A stretch of DNA of 64,000 bases. Origin: Myxococcales bacterium (GTDB taxonomy: Bacteria > Myxococcota_A > UBA9160 > UBA4427). Below, one piece after another: positions 8,420 through 16,391 of the stretch; positions within the stretch are counted from its first letter, which is position 1; each line of letters opens with the position of its first letter. Position numbers and translations under genes: made by a program. The stretch lies in contig JAAZXM010000009.1 of assembly GCA_014240165.1 (NCBI GenBank), forward strand, positions 18,624-82,623. The letters run 5' to 3'. Under the pieces are notes generated by a model. It saw only the letters and a list, made by a program, of their open reading frames with translations, ran no database searches and had not been told where the DNA came from.

Positions 8420-9283
8420 CTAGAAACGGTCATAGATAAAACGGATTTGCATTCCGATCCCCCAATCGGGTGAGTTGTCCGACAGGCCAATCACGCCATA
8501 GGGGTCGATGGCAAAGCTCTTGGAGATTTTGAAGCTCGCGAAGGGCGAGAGTTCGTGGGCATCGGCCCGGGTTCGGACCGTGGACTGGCTCCAATCATAG
8601 GAAACGCCCAAGCTGAACTTCGAGCTGATCCGCGTCGACACGCCCGCATAGGCGAGCCATTTGTTGCGTAGATCAGAGCCTGGGGGGTTGCCCACGAAGC
8701 GGTAGCCCACGCCCGCGAAGGGATAGAATCTGCCCATGCTCTTGGAAATATCGGCCTGCAGCGTGTAATCGTTCTCTCCGGTACCGAGACCCTTGTCGCG
8801 GTCGGCGGTTCCGAACTTGATCTTGCCCGTGAGTTCCAGGGCGGGGAGCGACGAAGAGGCTTCGGGGTAGAAGACATACGCTGCGCTGACGATCAAATCG
8901 CCGATCCCTTTCTGTTCGGGCTGCGAGCCTCCCTGGCAGATGTCATCGACCAGATCACAACTCGAGCGGACCCAGGGGATGCTCATGCGAAAGATGAAGG
9001 GATCCAATTCGAGTTTGACCGCCGCGGGAATGTAGAGGGTATCGCTATCCTCGCCGCTCCCGTAGTCACCTTGGCTGTAGTCGAAGCCGGTGCTTGCCGA
9101 GAGCCGGAAGGGCTGCCCGGTGTAATCGAGTAGATCCTCTTCTTCTCCGGGCGCACGGTTCTGGCCCTGGGCCGCGGCCGCACTCACCAGGAGTGCGGCC
9201 GTGACCACGAGCAGCAGTAGGCCTCGCGGGATCGAGTGTGCAGCGTTGATCGGTTTCTTCCTCTGACTGCTCGTCATGACCAA
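8420..9283 (-). CDS. Outer-membrane beta-barrel protein (MetA-pathway/phenol-degradation-like transporter family)
   Basis: 287 aa. Signal peptide, alternating beta-strand pattern, GIGDLIVSAAYVFY motif and a C-terminal aromatic residue (..IYDRF). Confidence 0.65.
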   Translation of the reverse strand: MVMTSSQRKKPINAAHSIPRGLLLLVVTAALLVSAAAAQGQNRAPGEEEDLLDYTGQPFRLSASTGFDYSQGDYGSGEDSDTLYIPAAVKLELDPFIFRMSIPWVRSSCDLVDDICQGGSQPEQKGIGDLIVSAAYVFYPEASSSLPALELTGKIKFGTADRDKGLGTGENDYTLQADISKSMGRFYPFAGVGYRFVGNPPGSDLRNKWLAYAGVSTRISSKFSLGVSYDWSQSTVRTRADAHELSPFASFKISKSFAIDPYGVIGLSDNSPDWGIGMQIRFIYDRF

Positions 9284-9321
9284 TTCATCCTCTTGCTTTG
9301 AGATTGTGGGTGATTTCGAGA

Positions 9322-9939
9322 TTAAGCGTCACGTCCGGGTCGGTCGACTCGTTCCGGCCTCTCCGGTCGATCCACGCGTTCGGGTCGCTCTACACGTTCG
9401 GGCCTGTCTACACGTTCGGGCCGGTCCACACGTTCGGGCCGGTCCGCACGTTCGGGCCGGTCCGCACGCTCGGGTCGATCGGAGCGCTCAGAACGATCTG
9501 CACGATCCGTGCGATCCGCGCGGGCGGGCTTCTCGCGGGTGCGGGTTCGCTCGGAGATGACCGTGCCATCCTCGGCCGTGCGCACTCGCGTGCGGGTACG
9601 AGTTTCGCTTCCGTCGGGATTTCGCACCCGACTCCGCATGCGCTCGGTCGTCACACCGGTCTGGGTATTCAGCGTTTCTCGGCTCTCGCTTCGGGTCCGG
9701 GTGCCGTCGGCGCTCCGGGTTCGCTCGCGCTCCCGGTGAATGACGAGTTCGTGCTCATGCCCTTCCATGTCCGGTGCGTCGGGCAGATCGGGCGCGTCAG
9801 GCGCGTCAGGCGCGTCCGGGGAGTCGGTCATGTCGGGGCTGTCGCTACTCGACTGCGCTGAGGCCACGATGGGCGCGGCCAGCAAGAGGAAGAGCGCCAC
9901 AGTCAGCGCTCCCAGGAGTTTCAGTGTCGGAGTTGTCAT
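9322..9939 (-). CDS. Secreted low-complexity repeat protein (xPD repeats, R/T/E-rich middle, ER.DRP tail)
   Basis: ATG at 9939 with GAGGA RBS. Signal peptide MTTPTLKLLGALTVALFLLLAAPIVASA. 205 aa. No fold recognised. Confidence 0.6.
   Translation of the reverse strand: MTTPTLKLLGALTVALFLLLAAPIVASAQSSSDSPDMTDSPDAPDAPDAPDLPDAPDMEGHEHELVIHRERERTRSADGTRTRSESRETLNTQTGVTTERMRSRVRNPDGSETRTRTRVRTAEDGTVISERTRTREKPARADRTDRADRSERSDRPERADRPERADRPERVDRPERVDRPERVERPERVDRPERPERVDRPGRDA
9337..9519 (-). repeat. In-frame 9/18-bp tandem repeats encoding ADRTDRADRSERSDRPERADRPERVDRPER...
   Basis: The plus strand shows repeated cacgttcgggccggtcc units (18-bp period), which is the complement of (P)ER(V/A)DR(P) codons. 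Confidence 0.9.
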
Positions 9940-9960
9940 TGGTCGATTCCTCACTTTTTC

Positions 9961-9977
9961 GTGGGATTTATTCCCAC
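9961..9977 (-). promoter_or_regulatory. Inverted repeat GTGGGA-N5-TCCCAC in the 5' UTR of the 9939 gene
   Basis: Perfect 6-bp arms, 22 nt upstream of the ATG. It shares the GTGGGA half-site with the sequence at 9995-10000. Confidence 0.35.
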
Positions 9978-9987
9978 TGATTTGATT

Positions 9988-10016
9988 ATCATACGTGGGA
10001 AAATTTTCCATTTCAA
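9988..10016 (-). promoter_or_regulatory. Near-consensus sigma70-type promoter TTGAAA-17-TATGAT for the 9939 gene, with a palindrome in the spacer
   Basis: On the minus strand, the -35 TTGAAA is at 10016-10011, the 17-nt spacer is 10010-9994 and the -10 TATGAT is at 9993-9988. The spacer contains the perfect 12-bp palindrome GGAAAATTTTCC (9998-10009). Confidence 0.5.
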
Positions 10017-10237
10017 GTTAAATTCGAACTCTTTCAATCTGCCGGTAGTGGGCTCTTCATATTTCGGTCGCCGACACAAGATCTTGATAGGTTTTCACTA
10101 CAGATCGAGAATCGGTGATACCCGAGGGGAGTCATCGAGAAACCCTGCCCCTGAGATCCCCAGGGGCACGAGACCCTCTCTCCGGGCTCTGAGGTCTCCC
10201 CGAGTCTCGACGGGCGGAGCGCTGGTCGACTCGCCGA

Positions 10238-10885
10238 TCAGTTCTCGGCCGGTCCCGAGAGCAGTTCGAGGCTTGCGAAGGCGGCGTCGATTTCCGCCAG
10301 CAACGCCTCTCTCTGCCGAGGCGTTCTGGCATCCACGAGCGAATGCAATTGGACCATTTGACGACCGTGAAGTGCCACGCTGACCCTGGAGCAGGCCTTC
10401 CGTGCGGTGCCCTGACGCAGGCGTCCGCAGTAGACCGCCGAGCCCCGGTAATCGCTTTCCGAAAGCTCCATTTCGACGGCGTCCGGGTCGTATTGGATCA
10501 AGTACTTCGCCTGGCGCGCTTCGGCGATCAGCGCGCCTTCGACGCCTCGATTCGAACGGCGTGCCAGACGCCCCTTCAACCAGGCGTCGCCCCCCTTGTG
10601 ATAAACCGCGAGGTCGAACCCCTCGAGTTCGGGGTTGGTTCGCGGATCCACCGCGAACCATTCCCCGTCTGGAAAGGTCAGTGCAAAGGCCCCAGAAACG
10701 CTCACCACGCGAACCGATCCCTGGGCCGCAGGAATGTCGGCGGCGGAAGGGGAGGGCGGTTCGGCGCTGAATGCCGCCCCGGGCATCAGGGTAAGAAGGA
10801 AGCAGGCCAACCCGAGGGCACCCCGTCTGCTCTGGTTTCTCCCGGCACCCAGGGCAGCAGGCGCAGCGAGTCTTCTCGAACTCAC
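10238..10885 (-). CDS. Hypothetical secreted protein
   Basis: GTG at 10885 overlaps the upstream stop (GTGA). Signal-like VSSRRLAAPAALGAGRNQSRRGALGLACFLLTLMPGAAFS. No family recognised. The longer 264-aa ORF would overlap the upstream gene. Confidence 0.45.
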   Translation of the reverse strand: MSSRRLAAPAALGAGRNQSRRGALGLACFLLTLMPGAAFSAEPPSPSAADIPAAQGSVRVVSVSGAFALTFPDGEWFAVDPRTNPELEGFDLAVYHKGGDAWLKGRLARRSNRGVEGALIAEARQAKYLIQYDPDAVEMELSESDYRGSAVYCGRLRQGTARKACSRVSVALHGRQMVQLHSLVDARTPRQREALLAEIDAAFASLELLSGPAEN

Positions 10886-11961
10886 GAGCCCAGTCCCGGC
10901 AACCGGGAGAAGTCGCCCCACATGGAACGCCAAAGCGTAATCGGGTCGAGGCCGGAGGGTGTGGAGTCGCGGGTGCGCTGGACGCTGCCCACCAATCGCT
11001 CGTCGTCGTCGAAGATGCCCCGAATCCCCCACATTCCCCGTTCAGGGCTGTCCGGGAAGCCGTAGCGGAGGTCATCGATCTCTACCGTCGTGCCGCGAGG
11101 ATGGGGCAGGACCCGGGCAGCGGTCTCCTCCATGGCGAACCAGGTAAAGATGCGGCCGCGGGGCGTGTTTTGCAGCTTCCTCACCAGGGGGTGGGCCCCG
11201 GCCGTCGCGTCGAATCCGCGCCACTGGGTCACCCCGCCACCCAGGGGCGTATGGAAGCCGACCCAGATTCGGTCGTCGGTTCGGGCCACGAACCGGCGGA
11301 AGTAGGGTTGGGCGAACGTGGGGTAGCTGTTCACCCGTGCGTCGGGAAAGCCCGCATCCGCGAGCGTCCGGGCAACGCGGATTTCCGCGCTTTCGTTGAG
11401 CCACCACCCGTATCCCATATATGACCAGGAAAGCCCCAGCGCCAGCACGGCAACGGCGCGCGCGGGCCGCCCCTGGCGGTGCAGGAAACAGCCGAGCACC
11501 AGCCCCATCAGCAGGATGCCCGAGTACGTGACGTCGACGATGGCCACCGCGTCCAAGGCAAAACGCGCTCGCCAGAAGGGGGCGAAGAGTTGGGTCCCGT
11601 AGCTGGTAAAGACATCGATCAAGGGATGGGTGAAGAGCGCAAGGGCAATCAGGCCCATCCAGGCGGAGAGCATGTCGGGTGCCCCGGGCTCACCGGGCCC
11701 GTCCCTTCCTCGCCAACGGTAGCCACGCCAGATCAGCCAGCCCAGGATCGGGCCCGCAACGAATCCGAACCAAAGCGCATGGGTGAACCCGCGGTGGTAG
11801 ACGAATTCGGCGAAGGGACCATGGGTGGCGACGACCAGGACGTCGAGATCCGGGAGCAACCCTCCGGCGGCCCCCCAAGTCAGGGCGCGGCGCCCAAGCT
11901 TATGCGAGAAGCCCGCTTGGCCAACGACGGCGCCCAGCAGGGCCTGGGTGGCGGTATCCAT
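10882..11961 (-). CDS. Membrane-bound metal-dependent hydrolase, YdjM/DUF457-like, with large C-terminal extension
   Basis: Starts MDTATQALLGAVVGQAG...LLPDLDVLV...HRGFTHALWF, typical of the YdjM family. ATG 11961 chosen over the 12054 extension. Confidence 0.7.
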   Translation of the reverse strand: MDTATQALLGAVVGQAGFSHKLGRRALTWGAAGGLLPDLDVLVVATHGPFAEFVYHRGFTHALWFGFVAGPILGWLIWRGYRWRGRDGPGEPGAPDMLSAWMGLIALALFTHPLIDVFTSYGTQLFAPFWRARFALDAVAIVDVTYSGILLMGLVLGCFLHRQGRPARAVAVLALGLSWSYMGYGWWLNESAEIRVARTLADAGFPDARVNSYPTFAQPYFRRFVARTDDRIWVGFHTPLGGGVTQWRGFDATAGAHPLVRKLQNTPRGRIFTWFAMEETAARVLPHPRGTTVEIDDLRYGFPDSPERGMWGIRGIFDDDERLVGSVQRTRDSTPSGLDPITLWRSMWGDFSRLPGLGS

Positions 11962-12007
11962 GGATGCTTGCTCCGTTCGAGGGCTGGGCTGGGCTTGTCG
12001 CTCGCCC

Positions 12008-12490
12008 TCAGCCGGCGGCTCGGCCGTACATGCCGCCGAGGACCGCCCCGGCACTCAGGAGCCCGAGAGCGGCGGCGGAGACGGCCACGCGCCCTGCGAT
12101 GCGATGGGAGCGGAGGTCCTCGGGCCGGGGTTCCGAGGCCGTCTCACTTTCGATGAGCGCGCGTGTTCGGGCCAGGCGGATTCCTCTCCGGGCAGCGAGC
12201 CCCCCGCTGATCAGCATGGTGAAGACACAGAGCTCGTGGAAACGGAGCGTCCAGACGGCTCCCGAAGTCCAGGTAGCGAGGTCTTCGCGGCCCAGAAAGA
12301 GGAGTTTGAAGAGATAGGAGACCACGAAGGCCAAAACGAGGGCCACCGAACTCAGCATGAAGCGGCGATGACTCGCCACCTGGCCCGAGCGAGCTCGCCC
12401 CATGCCGCGAACCGCCAGGCCCAGCAGAACCGCCATGTTCAGCGTTGCCCCTGTCCAATACATGAGTTTGGGATCCATCCGGCTCAGCAT
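12008..12490 (-). CDS. DUF420-like small integral membrane protein
   Basis: About 160 aa with 4-5 TM helices. The pattern LNxxxLLGL...SHRRFMLSSVALVLAFVVSYLFK...FHELCV resembles DUF420. Start at MLSRMDPKL. Confidence 0.5.
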   Translation of the reverse strand: MLSRMDPKLMYWTGATLNMAVLLGLAVRGMGRARSGQVASHRRFMLSSVALVLAFVVSYLFKLLFLGREDLATWTSGAVWTLRFHELCVFTMLISGGLAARRGIRLARTRALIESETASEPRPEDLRSHRIAGRVAVSAAALGLLSAGAVLGGMYGRAAG

Positions 12491-12645
12491 AGCGCCTCGT
12501 CCCCGCCCCTTGCGGTAGCATCCCGCAAAAATCACCCTTGCGGGTCGCAGTGTGTAGGCGCCAGGGTCGGCCGCAGGGTACGCTCTGGCGATTGGCATGG
12601 CGGGCCGGGCGAGGGTGGTTCGCGGAGCCAGGGGGAGACGGCCGG

Positions 12646-14004
12646 GTGGAAGGCAACGAGGTGCTCATCGTCGGCGGGGGGCTCGTGGGGCAGACCCTGG
12701 CCAATCGGCTTTCACGGGACGGATACGACGTTACGCTGATCGACCAGGATGCCGGACGCGTACGCGAAGTGAGCGAAACCCTCGATGTCCAGATCGTCGA
12801 GGGTGACGGGGCGACGGCGCCGGTCCTGCGCAACGCGGGGATCGAGAATGCCGGCCTCGTGGTGGCTGCGACGGAGAGCGATGCGGCGAACATCGTCGTG
12901 GGGTTCCTGGCGAGTCATGTTTTCAATACGCCCCGTGTCGTCGTTCGTGTACACGATGCGGGCTATGAAGAGGGCTTCGCGCGAGCCTGCGAAGACCGGC
13001 CGGTCGAGGGAGTCTGCGTCAACCCCGACACGGCTTCGGTTGAACGCATCGCGTCGCTCCTCGAGGTGCCGGGCGCGGTGGACGTGATGCAATTCATCGA
13101 AGGCAGCGTCTTCGTCGCGGGATTCAGGATCCACCCGGCCTCGGATTTCGCCGGGCTTCGCGTTTCCGACATGAAATTGCTCTTTGCTTCGACCCCGACC
13201 CTGGCCGTAGCGATTCAGCGCGGGAGCGAGTGGATCGTCCCAGGCGGGACCGAAGAGATTCTGGCGGGGGACCTCGTCTACTTCGCCATCGCGCGCCACG
13301 AATTGGCCGATGTCCTTGCCCTGGTGGGCGCTCCACCCGAACGTTCCGGGCGCATCATGGTGGCCGGGGCTTCGCCCATCGGGCTTGCCTTGGCGAGTCG
13401 TCTGGAAAAACGGGACGAGCGGGTGGTGATGGTGGAGGAGGATCCGGCGGCCGCGCAGGCAGCGGCCAGTCTCCTGGATCACGTCCTGGTCATCGAGGGC
13501 AAGGCCACGGACCAGGCCCTGCTCGAGGACGAAGAAATCGATCAGGTCTCGGCCTTCGTGGCCCTGACCGATGACCACGAGTCGAACCTGGTGGCGGGTT
13601 TGCTGGCCAGGCGATTGGGTGCAGGTCGATCCATTGTTCTCGTGGACAACCCGGCCATGGTCTCCATGGTGGGGGATATCGGGATCGACGCGATCATCAG
13701 CCCCCGCCTCTTGACCATTGGGGAAACCATCCGGCATATCCGGGGCGGCGATATCCGCTCCGGGGCTGCACTGCTCGGAGAGGAAGTAGAAATCCTGGAG
13801 GTGGACGCCAGCCAGGATTGCCGTTTGACGTCGGCCCGCCTGATGGATGTCGGGCTGCCCAAAGGCGTTCTCGTGGCGGCGCTCGAGCGGGGTGAAGAAC
13901 TTCTGCTTCCCAGGGGCGGAGATCAGATCATGGTGGGCGATCGGTTGCTCATCGTAGCCAAGAGCGAGTTGAGTACGAAGCTCAACGAATTTCTCGAGCC
14001 CTAG
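12646..14004 (+). CDS. trkA: Trk potassium-uptake system NAD-binding protein TrkA (tandem RCK)
   Basis: VLIVGGGLVGQTLANRL and a second IMVAGASPIGLALASRL Rossmann motif, each followed by an RCK_C-like segment. GTG 12646 with GGGGGAGA RBS (alternative GTG at 12661). Confidence 0.85.
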   Translation: MEGNEVLIVGGGLVGQTLANRLSRDGYDVTLIDQDAGRVREVSETLDVQIVEGDGATAPVLRNAGIENAGLVVAATESDAANIVVGFLASHVFNTPRVVVRVHDAGYEEGFARACEDRPVEGVCVNPDTASVERIASLLEVPGAVDVMQFIEGSVFVAGFRIHPASDFAGLRVSDMKLLFASTPTLAVAIQRGSEWIVPGGTEEILAGDLVYFAIARHELADVLALVGAPPERSGRIMVAGASPIGLALASRLEKRDERVVMVEEDPAAAQAAASLLDHVLVIEGKATDQALLEDEEIDQVSAFVALTDDHESNLVAGLLARRLGAGRSIVLVDNPAMVSMVGDIGIDAIISPRLLTIGETIRHIRGGDIRSGAALLGEEVEILEVDASQDCRLTSARLMDVGLPKGVLVAALERGEELLLPRGGDQIMVGDRLLIVAKSELSTKLNEFLEP

Positions 14005-14050
14005 CTCCGGGGATGGCGAGCGGTCGCAGCGCCCCGATGGAAAGACCTTC

Positions 14051-15442
14051 ATGCCCGCGCCGGTGGTGGACAGCCCGGGTCGTCTGACCCGTCTCCTCGA
14101 GCGCGCTCCAGGCGGATTCTTCGTTGCGTACGCCGTGGTCGCGTCCTTCGGTGCCTACTTCTGCATGTATGCTTTTCGCAAGCCTTTCGCGGCAGCGAAA
14201 TTTGCCGAGGAAGCCTTCGCCTTCGACGCACTCGAACTCAAGAGTGCCATCGTGATCAGCCAGGTGATGGGCTACGCCCTTTCCAAATACATCGGCATTC
14301 GAGTCTGTTCGGAACTCCACCCGCGTTATCACCCGGCGGCCCTGGTCGGCTTGATTCTCTGGGCCGAAGCCGCGCTCGTGCTTTTCGCACAATCGCCCGG
14401 AAGCTGGAAGACCCTGGCGATTTTTCTGAATGGACTCGCCTTGGGCATGGTTTGGGGGTTGGTCGTTCGCTTTCTCGAGGGCCGTGTCACCTCGGAATTG
14501 CTCCTGGCGGGCCTCAGTTGTTCATTCATTGTTTCCAGCGGAATCGTCAAGGATGTGGGCCGCGCCATGATGAGTGGAACCGCGGCGGAGTTCTGGAGCG
14601 GGGTTCCTCTTCTGGGGCCGCCAATCGCCGCCTGGCTCGGCCAGGTCAGCGAGTCCTGGATGCCCGCAACCACGGGTCTCCACTTCCTGCCCTTCTTCAT
14701 GCTCTTCGTTTGGATGCTCGCCCAACTTCCGCGCCGGACCGAGCGCGATGTGGTCCAGCGTCAACCGCGAGAGTCCATGGACGGTGCACGCCGCTACGCG
14801 TTCTTGCGCGAATACGCCCCGGGTCTGGTGATGCTGGTGGGCGCCTATTTCCTCCTCACGGCCTACCGCGATTTCAGGGATAATTTTTCGGTGGAGATCT
14901 TCGAGGCCCTGGGATACCCCTACGCGGGCAACGAGACCATCATCACCCAGGCCGAAACCCTGGTCGCCGTCGGCGTGATTTCGATTCTTGCGTTGCTCAA
15001 TACCCTTCGTCGCAGTCGGCCGGGGCTGATCGCGACCTTTGTCGTCATGGCGGGAGGGACCGCCTTGCTTGCCCTGAGTACCCTGGCGCTCCAGGCTGGT
15101 TGGATCGATGGCTTCTGGTGGATGACCTTGATCGGGCTCGGCTCCTATCTCGCCTACGTGCCCTATGGTTCCCTGCTCTTCGAGCGCTTGATGGCCAATA
15201 CCGCCATCGTGGGGACAGCGGTTTTCGCGATTTATCTCGCGGATGCCGTGGGGTACACAGGCTCCGTCGCCATGCTGCTCTACAAGGACCTGGCGGCTGC
15301 GGAGATGTCTCGCCTGGCCTTCTTCCAAGGGGCGACCTGGGCGATGGCGGGTGTGGGCACGCTATTGCTGGCGCTCAGCTGTGTCTACTTCCTGTGGCGA
15401 CCGGGTGCTGAGCCGGAAGATCCTGAACCGCGCCGGGGCTGA
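14051..15442 (+). CDS. Polytopic MFS-like membrane protein (possibly DUF5690 family)
   Basis: 463 aa with about 12 predicted TM helices. N-terminal FGAYFCMYAFRKPF motif. 46 nt downstream of trkA. Confidence 0.55.
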   Translation: MPAPVVDSPGRLTRLLERAPGGFFVAYAVVASFGAYFCMYAFRKPFAAAKFAEEAFAFDALELKSAIVISQVMGYALSKYIGIRVCSELHPRYHPAALVGLILWAEAALVLFAQSPGSWKTLAIFLNGLALGMVWGLVVRFLEGRVTSELLLAGLSCSFIVSSGIVKDVGRAMMSGTAAEFWSGVPLLGPPIAAWLGQVSESWMPATTGLHFLPFFMLFVWMLAQLPRRTERDVVQRQPRESMDGARRYAFLREYAPGLVMLVGAYFLLTAYRDFRDNFSVEIFEALGYPYAGNETIITQAETLVAVGVISILALLNTLRRSRPGLIATFVVMAGGTALLALSTLALQAGWIDGFWWMTLIGLGSYLAYVPYGSLLFERLMANTAIVGTAVFAIYLADAVGYTGSVAMLLYKDLAAAEMSRLAFFQGATWAMAGVGTLLLALSCVYFLWRPGAEPEDPEPRRG

Positions 15443-15485
15443 GCGGGCCGAGTCGTTGCCGGCGCGCCCGGCCGAAGTCAGGGAT

Positions 15486-16067
15486 CTAAAGCCGGATGCG
15501 GGTTTGTTGTCGGCGGGTCGAACTTCGATAGATCAGGCTGCCCAGGAGCATGCCGGCGGCGAGGATCGAGGCGCCCGTGATCCACTCGGGATAGCGATCT
15601 CCAGCGCGCAATCGCATGTTGTCCTGGGTGAGTTCTGCGATCTTCGCCGCTTGGGTGGCGTCCGCCGCTGTCAGTTCATCTCTCTTCTGGCGTAGGGCGT
15701 CGGACTCCTGGACCAAAGTTTCGAGTTCCGCGCTGAGCCTGCCGACTTCTTCTTCGGCTTGCGCCAGGCGCAGGGTCGGAGGCGGCGTGGGCTTCAGATA
15801 ACCCTTGGGGATCCAGCCGTCTTTGCTCTGAGCGGAGTTGGCGGGGATCCGAATCTTCGTCCAGCCCTCCTGCCGTTCGAGCACCTTGACGCCGTCGCCC
15901 GTTTTGGCCACCCCGACGATCTTGAATTGGGTGCCGGGTCCGGTTCGGATATTGAGCCGAATCTCTCCGCGCACCCAGCCGTTCTCCGCCGCCAGGGCGA
16001 CCGTCGCGGGCGCCGCGAGAAGAATCCCGAGACCGATCGAAATGAGGACGCAGCGTCTCACGCGCAC
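15486..16067 (-). CDS. SH3-domain protein with coiled coil and C-terminal TM helix (YgiM/TIGR04211-like)
   Basis: Signal peptide, an SH3b-like segment WVRGEIRLNIRTGPGTQFKIVGVAKTGDGVKVLE..GWTKI, a coiled coil and a TM tail. GTG 16067 with AAGGAAA RBS. Confidence 0.65.
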   Translation of the reverse strand: MRVRRCVLISIGLGILLAAPATVALAAENGWVRGEIRLNIRTGPGTQFKIVGVAKTGDGVKVLERQEGWTKIRIPANSAQSKDGWIPKGYLKPTPPPTLRLAQAEEEVGRLSAELETLVQESDALRQKRDELTAADATQAAKIAELTQDNMRLRAGDRYPEWITGASILAAGMLLGSLIYRSSTRRQQTRIRL

Positions 16068-16391
16068 GGGTGATTTCCTTGTTGTTGGCTGGCTGACGAG
16101 ACTCGCCCAGGATTGGGCCCGCCGCATCGCGGGCAGACCCGGCTTCTCCGACCCCCGCGGAGACAAGCGCTCGGGCGATTTCGTCCCATGTTACCGATTC
16201 CCCCAGGCCTGCCCCCCTGGATTTCCGGCTTTCGGACCCGGTCGGGGCCCTTCGGCTGCTTTCAAACTCAGGGAAATCCACCAGAGCCGCAAGGATTCGC
16301 TTGGTTTTCACCACGCATCCGGGTTGATGGCGGGGGGCCAGCGGAGATATCGTGCACGCCGAACGGCGTTGGGGCCGGAGAGGGATTCTGC

